Positions 20,141 to 30,016 of a stretch of DNA of 33,457 nucleotides are shown here, piece after piece. The notes below the pieces were generated by a model, which saw only the letters and a list, made by a program, of their open reading frames with translations, had not been told where the DNA came from and did no database searches. The DNA is from Acidaminococcaceae bacterium. GTDB lineage: Bacteria; Bacillota; Negativicutes; Acidaminococcales; Acidaminococcaceae. How positions within the stretch are numbered: position 1 is the first letter of the stretch; each line of letters opens with the position of its first letter. The DNA lies in assembly GCA_003512125.1 (NCBI GenBank), contig DOSQ01000153.1, positions 1 through 33,457 on the forward strand. The letters run 5' to 3'. Made by a program: the position numbers and the translations under genes.

Positions 20141-20724
20141 TGGAACGGGACTTGTTGCAGGAAGAAAAACGCCGGGTGCGGCGTGAGTTAAAAGAAACTG
20201 CCGCACGTTTTCCGGAATGCTATGTTACCGAAGCAAGCCGGGCCGTTTGCGACACAATACTGCGAAGTGAAGAATATAAAGCGGCTTCCGTTATTTTCGG
20301 TTATCTTTCTTTCCATAATGAGATTTCTGTTGATGCTGTGTTGGAGACCGCGTTGCGTGAGGGCAAACGCGTTGCGGTACCGTGGATCGTTTCCCGGACG
20401 GAGATGAAAGCGGCAATGCTGGATTCACTGTCTGATCTGCCGCTTGACTGCTATGGTATCAGGACAGTGCGGGAACCGGCGACGCCTGTCAGACCGGAAG
20501 ACATCGGCCTGATTCTTGTGCCGGGGGCAGGTTTCTCACTGAACGGTTGCCGGATGGGAAGGGGAGCCGGTTTTTATGACCGCTTTCTTGTAAAAACCAG
20601 CGGTTTCCGTTTAGGTATAACCTGTGAGGCACTTTTGCGGGAAACAATTCCCGTGGATTCATACGACCGGAAGGTAGAAGCACTGGTCACGGAAACAAGG
20701 TTTATCCGCTGCACCGTCTCGTGA
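20140..20724 (+). CDS. 5-formyltetrahydrofolate cyclo-ligase
   Basis: K-x-x-x-R, NEI and LVPG-x-x-F...R-x-G-x-G-x-GFYDR motifs; TGATG overlap with the yajC stop. Confidence 0.93.
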   Translation: MERDLLQEEKRRVRRELKETAARFPECYVTEASRAVCDTILRSEEYKAASVIFGYLSFHNEISVDAVLETALREGKRVAVPWIVSRTEMKAAMLDSLSDLPLDCYGIRTVREPATPVRPEDIGLILVPGAGFSLNGCRMGRGAGFYDRFLVKTSGFRLGITCEALLRETIPVDSYDRKVEALVTETRFIRCTVS

Positions 20725-20774
20725 ACTGAGTTTATAAATGTTACGTTGGTAACAAATGAAAGGGGTAAAGTATT

Positions 20775-22010
20775 TTGAGGTGGAATGAGTTGGGGAAGTT
20801 CCTGATCGTTGCGCTTGCAATTGTCGGGGGCTTTTGTATGTATATCCGGCCGCTGGCGAGCTCGGTCAAGCAGGGGCTGGATTTGCAGGGCGGTACCCAT
20901 GTGGTGCTACAGGCAGTGGATACGCCCCAGTTAAAAGTGAATGATGACGCGCTGGACCGGGCGACCCACATTATTGAGCGGCGTGTAAACGCGTTGGGCC
21001 TGACGGAACCTGTGGTACAGCGTCAGGGGCGTGACCGCATCATAGTTGAACTGCCGGGCGTAAAGGATCCGGAAAAGGCAATTAATATGCTGGGCAAGAC
21101 CGCTATGCTGGAGTTCAAGGACCCCAACAATAAAACGGTGCTGACCGGTACGGATCTGAAAGACGCGAAAGCAGTAGTCGGAAACGGAAACCAGCCGCTG
21201 GTTTCCATGGAATTTTCTGATGAGGGCGGACAGAAATTTGCAGATGTAACGGCCCGCAACGTGGGCAAGCGCATCGCAATAACCTTGGACGGGGAAGTAC
21301 TGACCGCTCCGGTTGTGCAGGAAGCGATTACCGGCGGGCGCGCCCAGATTACCGGTAACCGTTCTATGGAAGAGGCTCAGCATCTGGCTATTTTACTGCG
21401 CAGCGGTTCTTTGCCGGTCAAACTGGAAATTATTGAAAACCGGACCGTGGGCCCGACCCTGGGGCAGGATTCCAAGGAAGCCAGCCAGAAAGCGTTCCTG
21501 ATTGGTGTAGCCGGTGTCTTTGTATTCATGCTTCTGTTCTACCGTCTCAGCGGTCTTGTAGCGGATATCGCACTGCTGTTGTATACCATGCTGCTTCTGC
21601 TGGTCATGCGCTATTTAAACGCGACCCTGACGCTGCCGGGCATGGCGGGTATCATTCTGTCCATTGGTATGGCCGTTGACGCCAATGTACTGATCTTTGA
21701 ACGGTTTAAGGAAGAAATCCGGAACGGCAAGACATTGCGCAGGGCTATGGATAACGGTTTCGGCCGCGCGCTGGTCACCATTCTCGACTCCAACATTACG
21801 ACTCTGATGGCCTGTGCCGTATTGTTCTATCTGGGCACGGGTCCCATCAAAGGTTTTGCGGTTACGCTGGCTATCGGTGTGATTCTGAGCATGTTCTCGG
21901 CAGTTACAGTTACCAAGTTCCTGCTGAAGTTCCTGATTGATGCGAACTTTACCAAGAGCCCCACGGCTTTTGGCATCTCCGCTCCGAAAACAGAGGAGGT
22001 GGCAAAATGA
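20775..22010 (+). CDS. secD: Protein translocase subunit SecD
   Basis: GLDLQGG, RI-x-VELPG, GPTLG and GMAVDANVLIFER motifs. Confidence 0.97.
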   Translation: MRWNELGKFLIVALAIVGGFCMYIRPLASSVKQGLDLQGGTHVVLQAVDTPQLKVNDDALDRATHIIERRVNALGLTEPVVQRQGRDRIIVELPGVKDPEKAINMLGKTAMLEFKDPNNKTVLTGTDLKDAKAVVGNGNQPLVSMEFSDEGGQKFADVTARNVGKRIAITLDGEVLTAPVVQEAITGGRAQITGNRSMEEAQHLAILLRSGSLPVKLEIIENRTVGPTLGQDSKEASQKAFLIGVAGVFVFMLLFYRLSGLVADIALLLYTMLLLLVMRYLNATLTLPGMAGIILSIGMAVDANVLIFERFKEEIRNGKTLRRAMDNGFGRALVTILDSNITTLMACAVLFYLGTGPIKGFAVTLAIGVILSMFSAVTVTKFLLKFLIDANFTKSPTAFGISAPKTEEVAK

Positions 22011-22891
22011 AAAACTTTTCTATTGTTAAGAACTGGAAAATTTTCTTTGCGATCACGATTATCGGCCTGATTATCGGGTACGGTTCCATGATCACCCGCG
22101 GTTTCAACCTGGGTATTGATTTTACCGGCGGCAGCATCATGGATCTGAAGTTTGAAAAAGAAGTACAGGTTGCCCAGGTCCGTGAAGTATTGGGCAAGCA
22201 TAATCTGGGAAGTGCCATTATCCAGTTGGAGAGTAATGATTCGGCGGCAACTTCGTCCCAGGGCGTTTTGATTCGTACGCCGGTCATTGCGGACAATGAC
22301 CGTACGGCCGTGATGCAGGATATGGAAAAATCCCTGGGCAAGTTTGACATCCGCCGCGTGGAAAACGTCGGCGCTACGATCGGCGGCGAGCTGATCCAGC
22401 AGGCGGCCATCGCCATCTTCCTGTCCTGGGTGCTGATGGTGCTGTATATTACGATCCGGTTCCAACTGAATTTCGCACTTGCTGCCATCATCGCACTGAT
22501 AGTTGACGTGTCGGTTACGTTGAGCTGGTTCTCCCTGCTTCAACTGGAAATCGACTCTACCTTCGTAGCGGCACTGCTGACGGTCGTAGGTTATTCCGTC
22601 AACGGTACCATCGTCATTTTTGACCGTATCCGAGAGAACCTGAAGGTGCATCGACGCAGCGAGACGGTAACGGATATGATTGATCACAGTATTAAATCTA
22701 CGCTGACACGTACGATATACACCACGATTACAACTCTGTTTGCTATCGTAGCGATTTTCCTGTTTGGCGGAGAAACGATTCACAATTTTTCTTTCGCCAT
22801 GCTGGTTGGCTGCTGCAGCGGCGCATATACCTCCATCCTGCTGGCAGGAACGATCTGGCTGTTCCTGCAGCATAAAAAAGCAGGGGAATAA
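22007..22891 (+). CDS. secF: Protein translocase subunit SecF
   Basis: GIDFTGG, GYSVN-x-TIVIFDRIREN and RTI-x-T motifs; ATGA overlap with secD. Confidence 0.97.
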   Translation: MKNFSIVKNWKIFFAITIIGLIIGYGSMITRGFNLGIDFTGGSIMDLKFEKEVQVAQVREVLGKHNLGSAIIQLESNDSAATSSQGVLIRTPVIADNDRTAVMQDMEKSLGKFDIRRVENVGATIGGELIQQAAIAIFLSWVLMVLYITIRFQLNFALAAIIALIVDVSVTLSWFSLLQLEIDSTFVAALLTVVGYSVNGTIVIFDRIRENLKVHRRSETVTDMIDHSIKSTLTRTIYTTITTLFAIVAIFLFGGETIHNFSFAMLVGCCSGAYTSILLAGTIWLFLQHKKAGE

Positions 22892-22929
22892 AGTTGCTGG
22901 AAACTCATTTAACCGGTGTTTCCTTAATT

Positions 22930-22964
22930 AAAAAGGGCAGGCACTTTTCACGCCTGCCTTTTTT
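22930..22964 (+). terminator. Intrinsic terminator after secF (bidirectional-type)
   Basis: A-tract, GGCAGGC, 9-nt loop, GCCTGCC, T6. Confidence 0.8.
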
Positions 22965-23000
22965 GTTTATAATATTAAGAAGTAAAGGAGCGTGTTTGCA

Positions 23001-23573
23001 ATGCGGAAAATTATAATGCTGTGCCTGTGCCTGCTGATCAGTTTTTCTTTCAGTGCCTGCGGTAAGGAAGCAGAACCGACTAAGCCGGCTCCGAAACCGG
23101 CAAAGGCAGTGTTTGAAACGAGCATGGGTACGTTTACCTGCCGTCTGGAAACAAAACTGGCGCCGGTTACAACGGAAAACTTTATTAAACTGGCTAATAA
23201 AGGCTTTTATAATAATCTGATCTTCCATCGCGTGATTGACGGTTTTATGATCCAGGGCGGTTGCCCCAACGGAACAGGGACAGGTGGTCCGGGCTATACC
23301 ATCAAAGATGAATTCAGTTCGGAACTGCGTCACAGCGGTCCGGGCGTTCTGTCCATGGCCAATGCGGGGCCCAATACCGGCGGCAGCCAGTTTTTCATTA
23401 CCCTGAAGGCTACGCCATGGCTTGACAATCATCATGCGGTGTTCGGACGCGTGAGCGAAGGAATGGATGTAGTGCAGAAAATCGGACATACCAAAACAGA
23501 CGCCAACGATAAGCCGGTGGAACCGGTTGTGATCCGTAAAGTGACCATAATCGAAGGCGAAGCGGCGAAATAA
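23001..23573 (+). CDS. Cyclophilin-type peptidyl-prolyl isomerase, lipoprotein
   Basis: FHRVI-x-x-[23 protein letters not shown] and WLD-x-x-H-x-VFG motifs; lipobox FSAC; AAGGAG RBS favours ATG 23001. Confidence 0.95.
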   Translation: MRKIIMLCLCLLISFSFSACGKEAEPTKPAPKPAKAVFETSMGTFTCRLETKLAPVTTENFIKLANKGFYNNLIFHRVIDGFMIQGGCPNGTGTGGPGYTIKDEFSSELRHSGPGVLSMANAGPNTGGSQFFITLKATPWLDNHHAVFGRVSEGMDVVQKIGHTKTDANDKPVEPVVIRKVTIIEGEAAK

Positions 23574-23703
23574 GAAAACATTGGTACAGCAAGCCCCCAG
23601 ATGGCTGTAACTATACAGATCAATGATACAGCGATTCCGAAATTAAAAACGGAGAAGAACGTAAAGAATACGGAAAGCAAAACAGGGAAGGGAGTTAAGC
23701 AAT

Positions 23704-24708
23704 TTGTCTTTTTTGTCAGACGAACATGTAATTGAGATCAACGATCAACAGGAAATGATAGGGATCCTGGGCCGGAACGACGAGTTCCTGCGGTTAATTG
23801 ACGCAAGCTTTGACGCGACGGTCATGGCCCGGGGAAACAAAATTATCTTCAGCGGAAGTGAAGAAGAAAACCAGAAACTGGAACAGCTTTTTAAAGAACT
23901 GTTGTTTCTGTACCGGCAGGGCTTGCCGGTGACCAGCCATGATGTGAAGTACAGTATTTATATGGTGCAGGGCGGAGCAGTGGCAAAACTGCATAACATG
24001 TATGCGGAAACCCTGATCGTTACCTGGCGGGGACACCAGATCAAGGCGAAAACGCTGGGCCAGTGGAATTACGTACGGGCTATCAAAAATAATTTCATCA
24101 CCTTCGGTATCGGGCCGGCAGGGACCGGTAAAACCTACCTTGCCGTTGCCATGGCGGTTACGGCGCTGAAAAAACGGGAAGTGGAACGGATCATCCTGAC
24201 CCGCCCGGCAGTGGAGGCCGGAGAAAAGCTGGGCTTCCTGCCGGGGGATATGCAGGAAAAAGTAGACCCGTACCTGCGTCCGCTGTATGACGCACTGTTT
24301 GACATGCTGGGCAATGATACGGCGCAAAAGTATCTGGAACGGGGCACCATTGAAGTGGCTCCGCTGGCATATATGCGGGGACGTACCCTGAACGGTTCAT
24401 TCATTATTTTGGATGAAGCGCAGAATACGACTCCCGAGCAGATGAAAATGATTCTGACCCGGTTTGGATTCGGTTCCCACATGGTGGTAACGGGGGATGC
24501 TACACAGATAGACCTTCCGTTGGGCAGGAAGAGCGGATTGATCCATGCGGCGAAAGTGCTGCGTGAAGTGCCGGGCATCAGTATCAATTATTTCGATGAA
24601 AAGGATGTGGTGCGACACGAAATCGTGGGCGCCATTATCAAGGCATACGAGCGGTTTGAACAGAATCCGGACAAAATGAAAGAAACGGGGAAACAGTATG
24701 AAGATTAG
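23704..24708 (+). CDS. phoH: PhoH-family ATPase
   Basis: GPAGTGKT, RPAVEAGEKLGFLPG, YMRGRT and DEAQN motifs. Confidence 0.96.
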   Translation: MSFLSDEHVIEINDQQEMIGILGRNDEFLRLIDASFDATVMARGNKIIFSGSEEENQKLEQLFKELLFLYRQGLPVTSHDVKYSIYMVQGGAVAKLHNMYAETLIVTWRGHQIKAKTLGQWNYVRAIKNNFITFGIGPAGTGKTYLAVAMAVTALKKREVERIILTRPAVEAGEKLGFLPGDMQEKVDPYLRPLYDALFDMLGNDTAQKYLERGTIEVAPLAYMRGRTLNGSFIILDEAQNTTPEQMKMILTRFGFGSHMVVTGDATQIDLPLGRKSGLIHAAKVLREVPGISINYFDEKDVVRHEIVGAIIKAYERFEQNPDKMKETGKQYED

Positions 24709-25771
24709 TTTCAGTGATGACCAGGATGAGGTACTGGTTCCGAAGGAAGCGGTCATGTTACTGAAACGTGGCCTGCAGGCAGTAGCAAAGTTGCATAAAT
24801 TGTCTGCAAAAACCGAAGTGAGCGTGTCGTTGGTCAACGATGAGGTGATCCACGTGCTGAACAAGGATTACCGGGGTATCGACCGTCCTACCGATGTTCT
24901 TTCCTTTGCGCTTGATGAAGCGGAAGAACCAGTCGAGATTGGTGGCCCGGGCGATCATTTGCTGGGCGACATTATTATTTCGGCGGAAACAGCCTTACGC
25001 CAGGGAAAAGAATACGGGCACGGCTTCAACCGGGAACTGGTATATCTGGGGGTGCACAGCCTGCTCCATCTGCTTGGGTATGACCACATGAATAAAGAAG
25101 ATAAGGCTGTGATGCGGGAAGAAGAAGAAAAAGCACTGCGGATGATCCATCTCAGCCAGGCTGATCTGGACGCGAAAATTGCAGAGGGCGACGCGGATCA
25201 TTTTACAGCAGCTGTGGTCGATGCGGGGCCGGAAAAGCAAACACCCAGGTCCGCGCAAAGTGAAAAATCCAAAAATAAGCATGCAAAAAAGGTAAAACCC
25301 GCAAAAGATAAGATTGATAAAGAACTGAAGGAAGGGGAGAAAACGATGGGTCGCGATGACAGTCAAAAGAAGGACAAAACTGTTAAAAAATTGTTTAAAA
25401 AGGCATTAAAGACCCGTGAAAATGCGTATGTTCCTTTCTCAAAGTTTAAAGTGGGGGCAGCGGTTCTGACGGACTCGGGGGATATTTTTACCGGCTGTAA
25501 TGTGGAGAATTCGTCCTTCGGCCTGACGGTCTGTGCGGAACGGGTGGCCATGTTTACGGCAGCGGCAGCCGGTGTCCGTCCCGGTGAAATCAGGATGTTG
25601 CTGGTAGTGGCGGATACGGAAGATGTGACCTCGCCATGCGGCGCCTGCCGTCAGGTGATGGCGGAGTTTGAAATTCCGGTCATCGTTATGGCAAACGTGC
25701 GCGGCGATATGCAGATCGTAGAATTGGAAGAGTTGTTGCCATTCCGTTTTAAGGCAACGGATTTTGCGTAA
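24698..25771 (+). CDS. ybeY-cdd: YbeY-cytidine deaminase fusion ORF
   Basis: N-terminal half has LN-x-x-YRG-x-D-x-PTDVLSF, LGDI and H-x3-H-x5-H (HSLLHLLGYDH). C-terminal half has AY-x-PFS-x-F-x-VGAA, GCNVEN, CAER and PCGACRQ. No stop codon between them. Confidence 0.93.
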   Translation: MKISFSDDQDEVLVPKEAVMLLKRGLQAVAKLHKLSAKTEVSVSLVNDEVIHVLNKDYRGIDRPTDVLSFALDEAEEPVEIGGPGDHLLGDIIISAETALRQGKEYGHGFNRELVYLGVHSLLHLLGYDHMNKEDKAVMREEEEKALRMIHLSQADLDAKIAEGDADHFTAAVVDAGPEKQTPRSAQSEKSKNKHAKKVKPAKDKIDKELKEGEKTMGRDDSQKKDKTVKKLFKKALKTRENAYVPFSKFKVGAAVLTDSGDIFTGCNVENSSFGLTVCAERVAMFTAAAAGVRPGEIRMLLVVADTEDVTSPCGACRQVMAEFEIPVIVMANVRGDMQIVELEELLPFRFKATDFA

Positions 25772-25811
25772 GCGATATTTATAAATTGTGTAAGAAGATT
25801 AAGGAGTTTTT

Positions 25812-26714
25812 ATGACTGAAAATAATCATCGTACAGGCTTTGCGGCACTTGTTGGCAGACCGAATGTCGGGAAATCCACGTTAATGAACGGGATGGTCGG
25901 AGAAAAAATCTCCATCATGAGCGACCGCCCCCAGACGACCCGTAACCGGATCATGGGCATTCTTTCTACTGACCGTGCCCAGATTATGTTTCTGGATACA
26001 CCCGGTATACACAAGCCGATGCATAAACTGGGGGAGTATATGAACCAGGCGGCTATCGGTGCGCTGAACCAGGTTGATGTGGTGCTGTTTGTTGTTGACG
26101 CCAGCGAAAAAAAAGGAGCCGGCGAAAAATTTATCATTGAACATTTAAAGAAAGTCAATACGCCTGTGTTATTGGTGATTAATAAAATAGACAAGCTGGA
26201 TGATAAGAGCAAATTGCTGGGTATTATGCAGAGTTATAAGGACGATTTGCAGTTTGCTGCAGTCATTCCCATCAGCGCGTTGCAACAGGATGGCTTTGCG
26301 GATTTGGAAGAAGAAATTGTCCGTCACCTGCCGGAAGGTCCCAGCATATTCCCTGAGGACGAGCTGACCGATCAGCCGATGCGGGTTATCGCAGGGGAAA
26401 TGATCAGGGAAAAGGTGCTGCGCAATACTCACGATGAAGTGCCTCATGCGATTGCTGTCGAAGTTGATGAATACAAAGAACGCGTGAACGGATCGGTTTT
26501 TATCCGGGCGACGATTTTTGTGGAAAGGGAATCGCAGAAAGGGATCGTTATCGGGGCAAAGGGCAGTCTTCTGAAAAAAATCGGGCAGGAGGCCCGGCAT
26601 GATATTGAAACCCTGACGGGTTGCAGCGTTTTTCTTGATTTGTGGGTCAAGGTGCAGGCCGACTGGCGTAATAAGTCGAAGCTGCTGAAAGAATTGGGGT
26701 ACAAGGAAGGATAA
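25812..26714 (+). CDS. era: GTPase Era
   Basis: GRPNVGKST, QTTR, DTPG and NKID motifs; KH domain with VIGAKG. Confidence 0.98.
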   Translation: MTENNHRTGFAALVGRPNVGKSTLMNGMVGEKISIMSDRPQTTRNRIMGILSTDRAQIMFLDTPGIHKPMHKLGEYMNQAAIGALNQVDVVLFVVDASEKKGAGEKFIIEHLKKVNTPVLLVINKIDKLDDKSKLLGIMQSYKDDLQFAAVIPISALQQDGFADLEEEIVRHLPEGPSIFPEDELTDQPMRVIAGEMIREKVLRNTHDEVPHAIAVEVDEYKERVNGSVFIRATIFVERESQKGIVIGAKGSLLKKIGQEARHDIETLTGCSVFLDLWVKVQADWRNKSKLLKELGYKEG

Positions 26715-26715
26715 T

Positions 26716-28038
26716 ATGTTTATCCTGTTTTTGATTATACTTAATGCGCTGTTTGTAGCGGCGGAATATTCGCTGTCCCGGATCCGCCGGGCACAGCTGC
26801 AGGAAATGGAAGAACAGGGAATTTCCGGGGCGGAAACATTGTTGCAGATCTATGACCGGAAAAACCATTATATCAGTGCCTTGCAGATTGGGATTACCTC
26901 CATTTCACTGTTGCTTGGCTGGTATGGGGGCCCGTTTCTGGCGGAACGGCTTTTAGGGATGCCCGGCATGCAGCAATGGATGACGGAGACGGTTACGGCA
27001 GAGCAATACCAGTTGTTTGACTGGCTGCCCGATACGGCGTCCTCCCTCAGCCTGCTTTGCGCGTTCCTGATTTTGCTTTTGCTGCATGTGGTCATCGGGG
27101 AACTGGTGCCCCGTATCATTGTCTGGGATAACGTGGAAAATGTGATCGTACATCTGGGAACTCCATTGCGCGCCATTTACCTGCTTACGTATCCGCTGGT
27201 GGGCTTCACGTTCTGGATTGCCAAAGGCATTGCAAAGCTTTTTGGCGTAACGTATACGCCGGAAGAAGACATATCCCGCAGCGAGGAAGAACTGCGGGAA
27301 ATTGTCAGTGCCAGTGAAAAGGAAGGCGAACTTGACAGCGCGGAACGTGTTTTGATTGACAATGTGTTTGAGTTTAACGATACGGTGGCCCGGGAAGTAA
27401 TGGTTCCCCGGCAGGACATGGCCTGCGTATATGTGGACGACAGCCCGGAAGAAATCCGGGAGGTGATCCGTTCGACCCGCCATACACGTTTTCCTGTCTG
27501 TGAAGAAGATAAGGATCATATACTGGGGATTTTCCATGTAAGGGAGTTCCTTAATGCAGATGTGTCCCAGGGATTTGATATCCGTTCTGTGTTACGGAAA
27601 ACCATCATGGTGCCGGATGGGATGAATGCATTGCGGGTGTTGCAGACTATGCAGAAGCAACACGTCCATCTGGCAATCGTCGTGGATGAATACGGCGGTA
27701 CAGTGGGGCTGGTTACGCTGGAAGATCTGATGGAAGAAATTGTAGGCGATATTCAGGATGAATATGACGAACCGGAACCCCCGGACGTTTTGCCGCTGAC
27801 GGATGGAAGCTTTAACCTGGACGGAGAGATGCCGCTGGATGACGTGGGTGATTTGTTGCATCTGTCATTCGAGGAAGAAGATGAAGACGACACATTGGGC
27901 GGTTATATCTTCAGCCGGCTGGGACGGAAGCCGGAAGAAGGCGATGAGGTTGCATGGAAAAACTGGACGTTTACGGTGTTGAAAATGGACCAGTTCCGAA
28001 TTGAACGGGTGAAGGCGGAAAAAGCAGAAGCGGATTAA
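26716..28038 (+). CDS. Hemolysin/CorC-HlyC family protein (DUF21 + 2 CBS + CorC domains)
   Basis: FVAAE, Q-x-GIT, GELVP, VMVPR, VVDEYGGT-x-GLVTLED and TLGG motifs. Confidence 0.94.
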   Translation: MFILFLIILNALFVAAEYSLSRIRRAQLQEMEEQGISGAETLLQIYDRKNHYISALQIGITSISLLLGWYGGPFLAERLLGMPGMQQWMTETVTAEQYQLFDWLPDTASSLSLLCAFLILLLLHVVIGELVPRIIVWDNVENVIVHLGTPLRAIYLLTYPLVGFTFWIAKGIAKLFGVTYTPEEDISRSEEELREIVSASEKEGELDSAERVLIDNVFEFNDTVAREVMVPRQDMACVYVDDSPEEIREVIRSTRHTRFPVCEEDKDHILGIFHVREFLNADVSQGFDIRSVLRKTIMVPDGMNALRVLQTMQKQHVHLAIVVDEYGGTVGLVTLEDLMEEIVGDIQDEYDEPEPPDVLPLTDGSFNLDGEMPLDDVGDLLHLSFEEEDEDDTLGGYIFSRLGRKPEEGDEVAWKNWTFTVLKMDQFRIERVKAEKAEAD

Positions 28039-28050
28039 GACACCGCCGTT

Positions 28051-28818
28051 GTGTCAGAGACGATGGAAAGTTACCAGGACGAAATATTGATTTTACAAGT
28101 AAATAATTGGCAGACTGCAGATAAGAAAGTTGTGTGCTTTTCCCGGGAGCATGGGAAGATTGTGTTTATGGCCTACGGAGCCCGATATCCCAAAAGCATA
28201 TCGGGACGTCTGCTGCAACCCTTTGCCTGCCTGGAAGCAGAGTTGTATCCGGGCAGCCGGGTGGATAAACTCAAAAACTGCCAGCTGGCAGCGCCCATGC
28301 CGCAACTTGGATTGGAACAAATGGCGTACGGTTTTCTTGTAGCTGAAATGACAGAACGGCTGATGGAGCAGGGCGAACCTTCGGAAGGCCTGTATTTATT
28401 GTTACGAAAAGCGTTGCAGCTGCTGGTAGAACGCAATCCGCGCCTGGTATCGCTTGCGTATCTGATACAGCTGCTGGATTATTGCGGGATCGGTCCCGTG
28501 TATGAAGTATGCGTCAATTGCAGCCGTCCTTCCGAAGGAGATGGCTGGTTCAGCGAGATGCAGGGCGGCTTCATCTGTAACGAGTGTCATTCCGGCTCGG
28601 GAAAGACGGAAGCGCTGCAGCCGTTCCACGAAGAGACACGCAGGTTGTGGCAGAAGTTACGTATGCTGGATTTTGCTGACCCCGGGCATTTTTCGGTAAA
28701 AGGCGCGGCGTTGATGGAATTGGAACAGATTTTGCACCGATATCTGGTGTATCAGACGGAGCAACCCGTAAAAAGTCTTGATTTCATACGGCAGATTGTG
28801 GAACAGAAAAATCAGTAA
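28051..28818 (+). CDS. recO: DNA repair protein RecO
   Basis: DK...FS-x-E-x-GK, LQPF, C-x-x-C...GG-x-x-C-x-x-C zinc finger and KS-x-x-F motifs; era-recO-glyQS context. Confidence 0.92.
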   Translation: MSETMESYQDEILILQVNNWQTADKKVVCFSREHGKIVFMAYGARYPKSISGRLLQPFACLEAELYPGSRVDKLKNCQLAAPMPQLGLEQMAYGFLVAEMTERLMEQGEPSEGLYLLLRKALQLLVERNPRLVSLAYLIQLLDYCGIGPVYEVCVNCSRPSEGDGWFSEMQGGFICNECHSGSGKTEALQPFHEETRRLWQKLRMLDFADPGHFSVKGAALMELEQILHRYLVYQTEQPVKSLDFIRQIVEQKNQ

Positions 28819-28823
28819 ATCAT

Positions 28824-28852
28824 TTGACAAAGCAGTCCGGACTTCATATAAT
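28824..28852 (+). promoter_or_regulatory. Consensus sigma70/SigA promoter of the glyQS leader
   Basis: Perfect TTGACA-N17-TATAAT. Confidence 0.9.
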
Positions 28853-28858
28853 ATTTTG

Positions 28859-29053
28859 TAGCGATGATAAGACTAAGTATTCTGTCACTGCAGCGAGCCG
28901 GGAGGGTGCAAGCCGGCGACAGGCGGAAGAAGGCAGCTTTGAGCAGAATTGAATAAGCGTTGAGGCGGGTCATGTATGTTGTGACCAAGCAGGGTGGAAC
29001 CGCGGAGATTCTCCGTCCCTGTAACATTTATTTGTTGCAGAGGCGGATTTTTT
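28859..29053 (+). ncRNA. Glycine T-box riboswitch (glyQS leader)
   Basis: Stem I with GCGATGA...TGAGC base, AG bulge and GGTGCAA loop; GGC specifier at 28932-28934; T-box AAGCAGGGTGGAACCGCGG at 28987-29005; terminator TCCGTCCCTGTAACA / TGTTGCAGAGGCGGA plus T-tract. Confidence 0.93.
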
Positions 29054-29137
29054 ATTTGCGTCAGACTGATTGCAGAGGGAATAACCAGGCAGAGGGTTGC
29101 GCAAAAGTAACGGCTTTGTAACACGAAGGAGGAAAAG

Positions 29138-30016
29138 ATGGATTTTCAGCAAATGATTTTGACATTGCAAAAGTTCTGGTCTGAACAGAATTGTATTTTG
29201 GGCCAGCCCTACGATATGGAAAAGGGGGCGGGTACCATGAACCCGTTGACTTTTTTGCGGGTTCTGGGACCGGAACCCTGGCGTGTGGCGTATGTGGAAC
29301 CGTCCCGTCGTCCGGCAGACGGCCGGTACGGCGACAACCCCAATCGCCTGTTCCAGCATCATCAGTATCAGGTAATCATCAAACCGTCTCCGGAAAACAT
29401 TCAGGATTTGTATCTGCAGAGCCTGGCAGCTTTAGGCTTTAAAGCAGAGGAACATGATATCCGTTTTGTGGAGGACAACTGGGAATCGCCGACGCTGGGC
29501 GCCTGGGGCCTGGGCTGGGAAGTGTGGCTGGACGGTATGGAAATTACCCAGTTCACCTATTTCCAGCAGGTAGGCAGCCTGGACATCAAGCCGGTGGCTG
29601 TTGAAATCACCTACGGGCTGGAACGTATCGCCATGTACATCCAGGGAGTGGAAAATGTGTACGATGTGAAGTGGGTCGGCGATGTGACTTACGGCGATGT
29701 GTTCCATGACAACGAAGTGGAGCAGAGCTGGTATTCCTTCCAACTGGCAGATACCGATATGCTGTTTGACATGTTTGAAAAATTTGAAAAAGAAGCAGAA
29801 CGGATCGTGGAGACCGGCAATATCCGCCCGGCTTATGATTATGTGCTTAAATGTTCCCATACTTTTAACCTGCTGGACAGCCGCGGCGCCATCAGCGTCA
29901 GCGAACGCGCCGCGTATATCGGGCGTGTGCGCCGTCTGGCGCGCCTGTGTGCCAAAGCCTATGTGGAACAAAGGGAAAAGATGGGCTTCCCGCTGCTGAA
30001 GGGAGGAAACAAATAA
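29138..30016 (+). CDS. glyQ: Glycine--tRNA ligase alpha subunit
   Basis: GAGTM, RP-x-DGRYG-x-[18 protein letters not shown] and TYGLER motifs. Confidence 0.98.
   Translation: MDFQQMILTLQKFWSEQNCILGQPYDMEKGAGTMNPLTFLRVLGPEPWRVAYVEPSRRPADGRYGDNPNRLFQHHQYQVIIKPSPENIQDLYLQSLAALGFKAEEHDIRFVEDNWESPTLGAWGLGWEVWLDGMEITQFTYFQQVGSLDIKPVAVEITYGLERIAMYIQGVENVYDVKWVGDVTYGDVFHDNEVEQSWYSFQLADTDMLFDMFEKFEKEAERIVETGNIRPAYDYVLKCSHTFNLLDSRGAISVSERAAYIGRVRRLARLCAKAYVEQREKMGFPLLKGGNK

Noticed and set aside
23574..23735. Open frame continuing after the cyclophilin stop (possible yqfD remnant or small ORF from ATG 23601)
   Set aside because: No RBS, overlaps the phoH start, and the similarity is only a few residues (ENIG).
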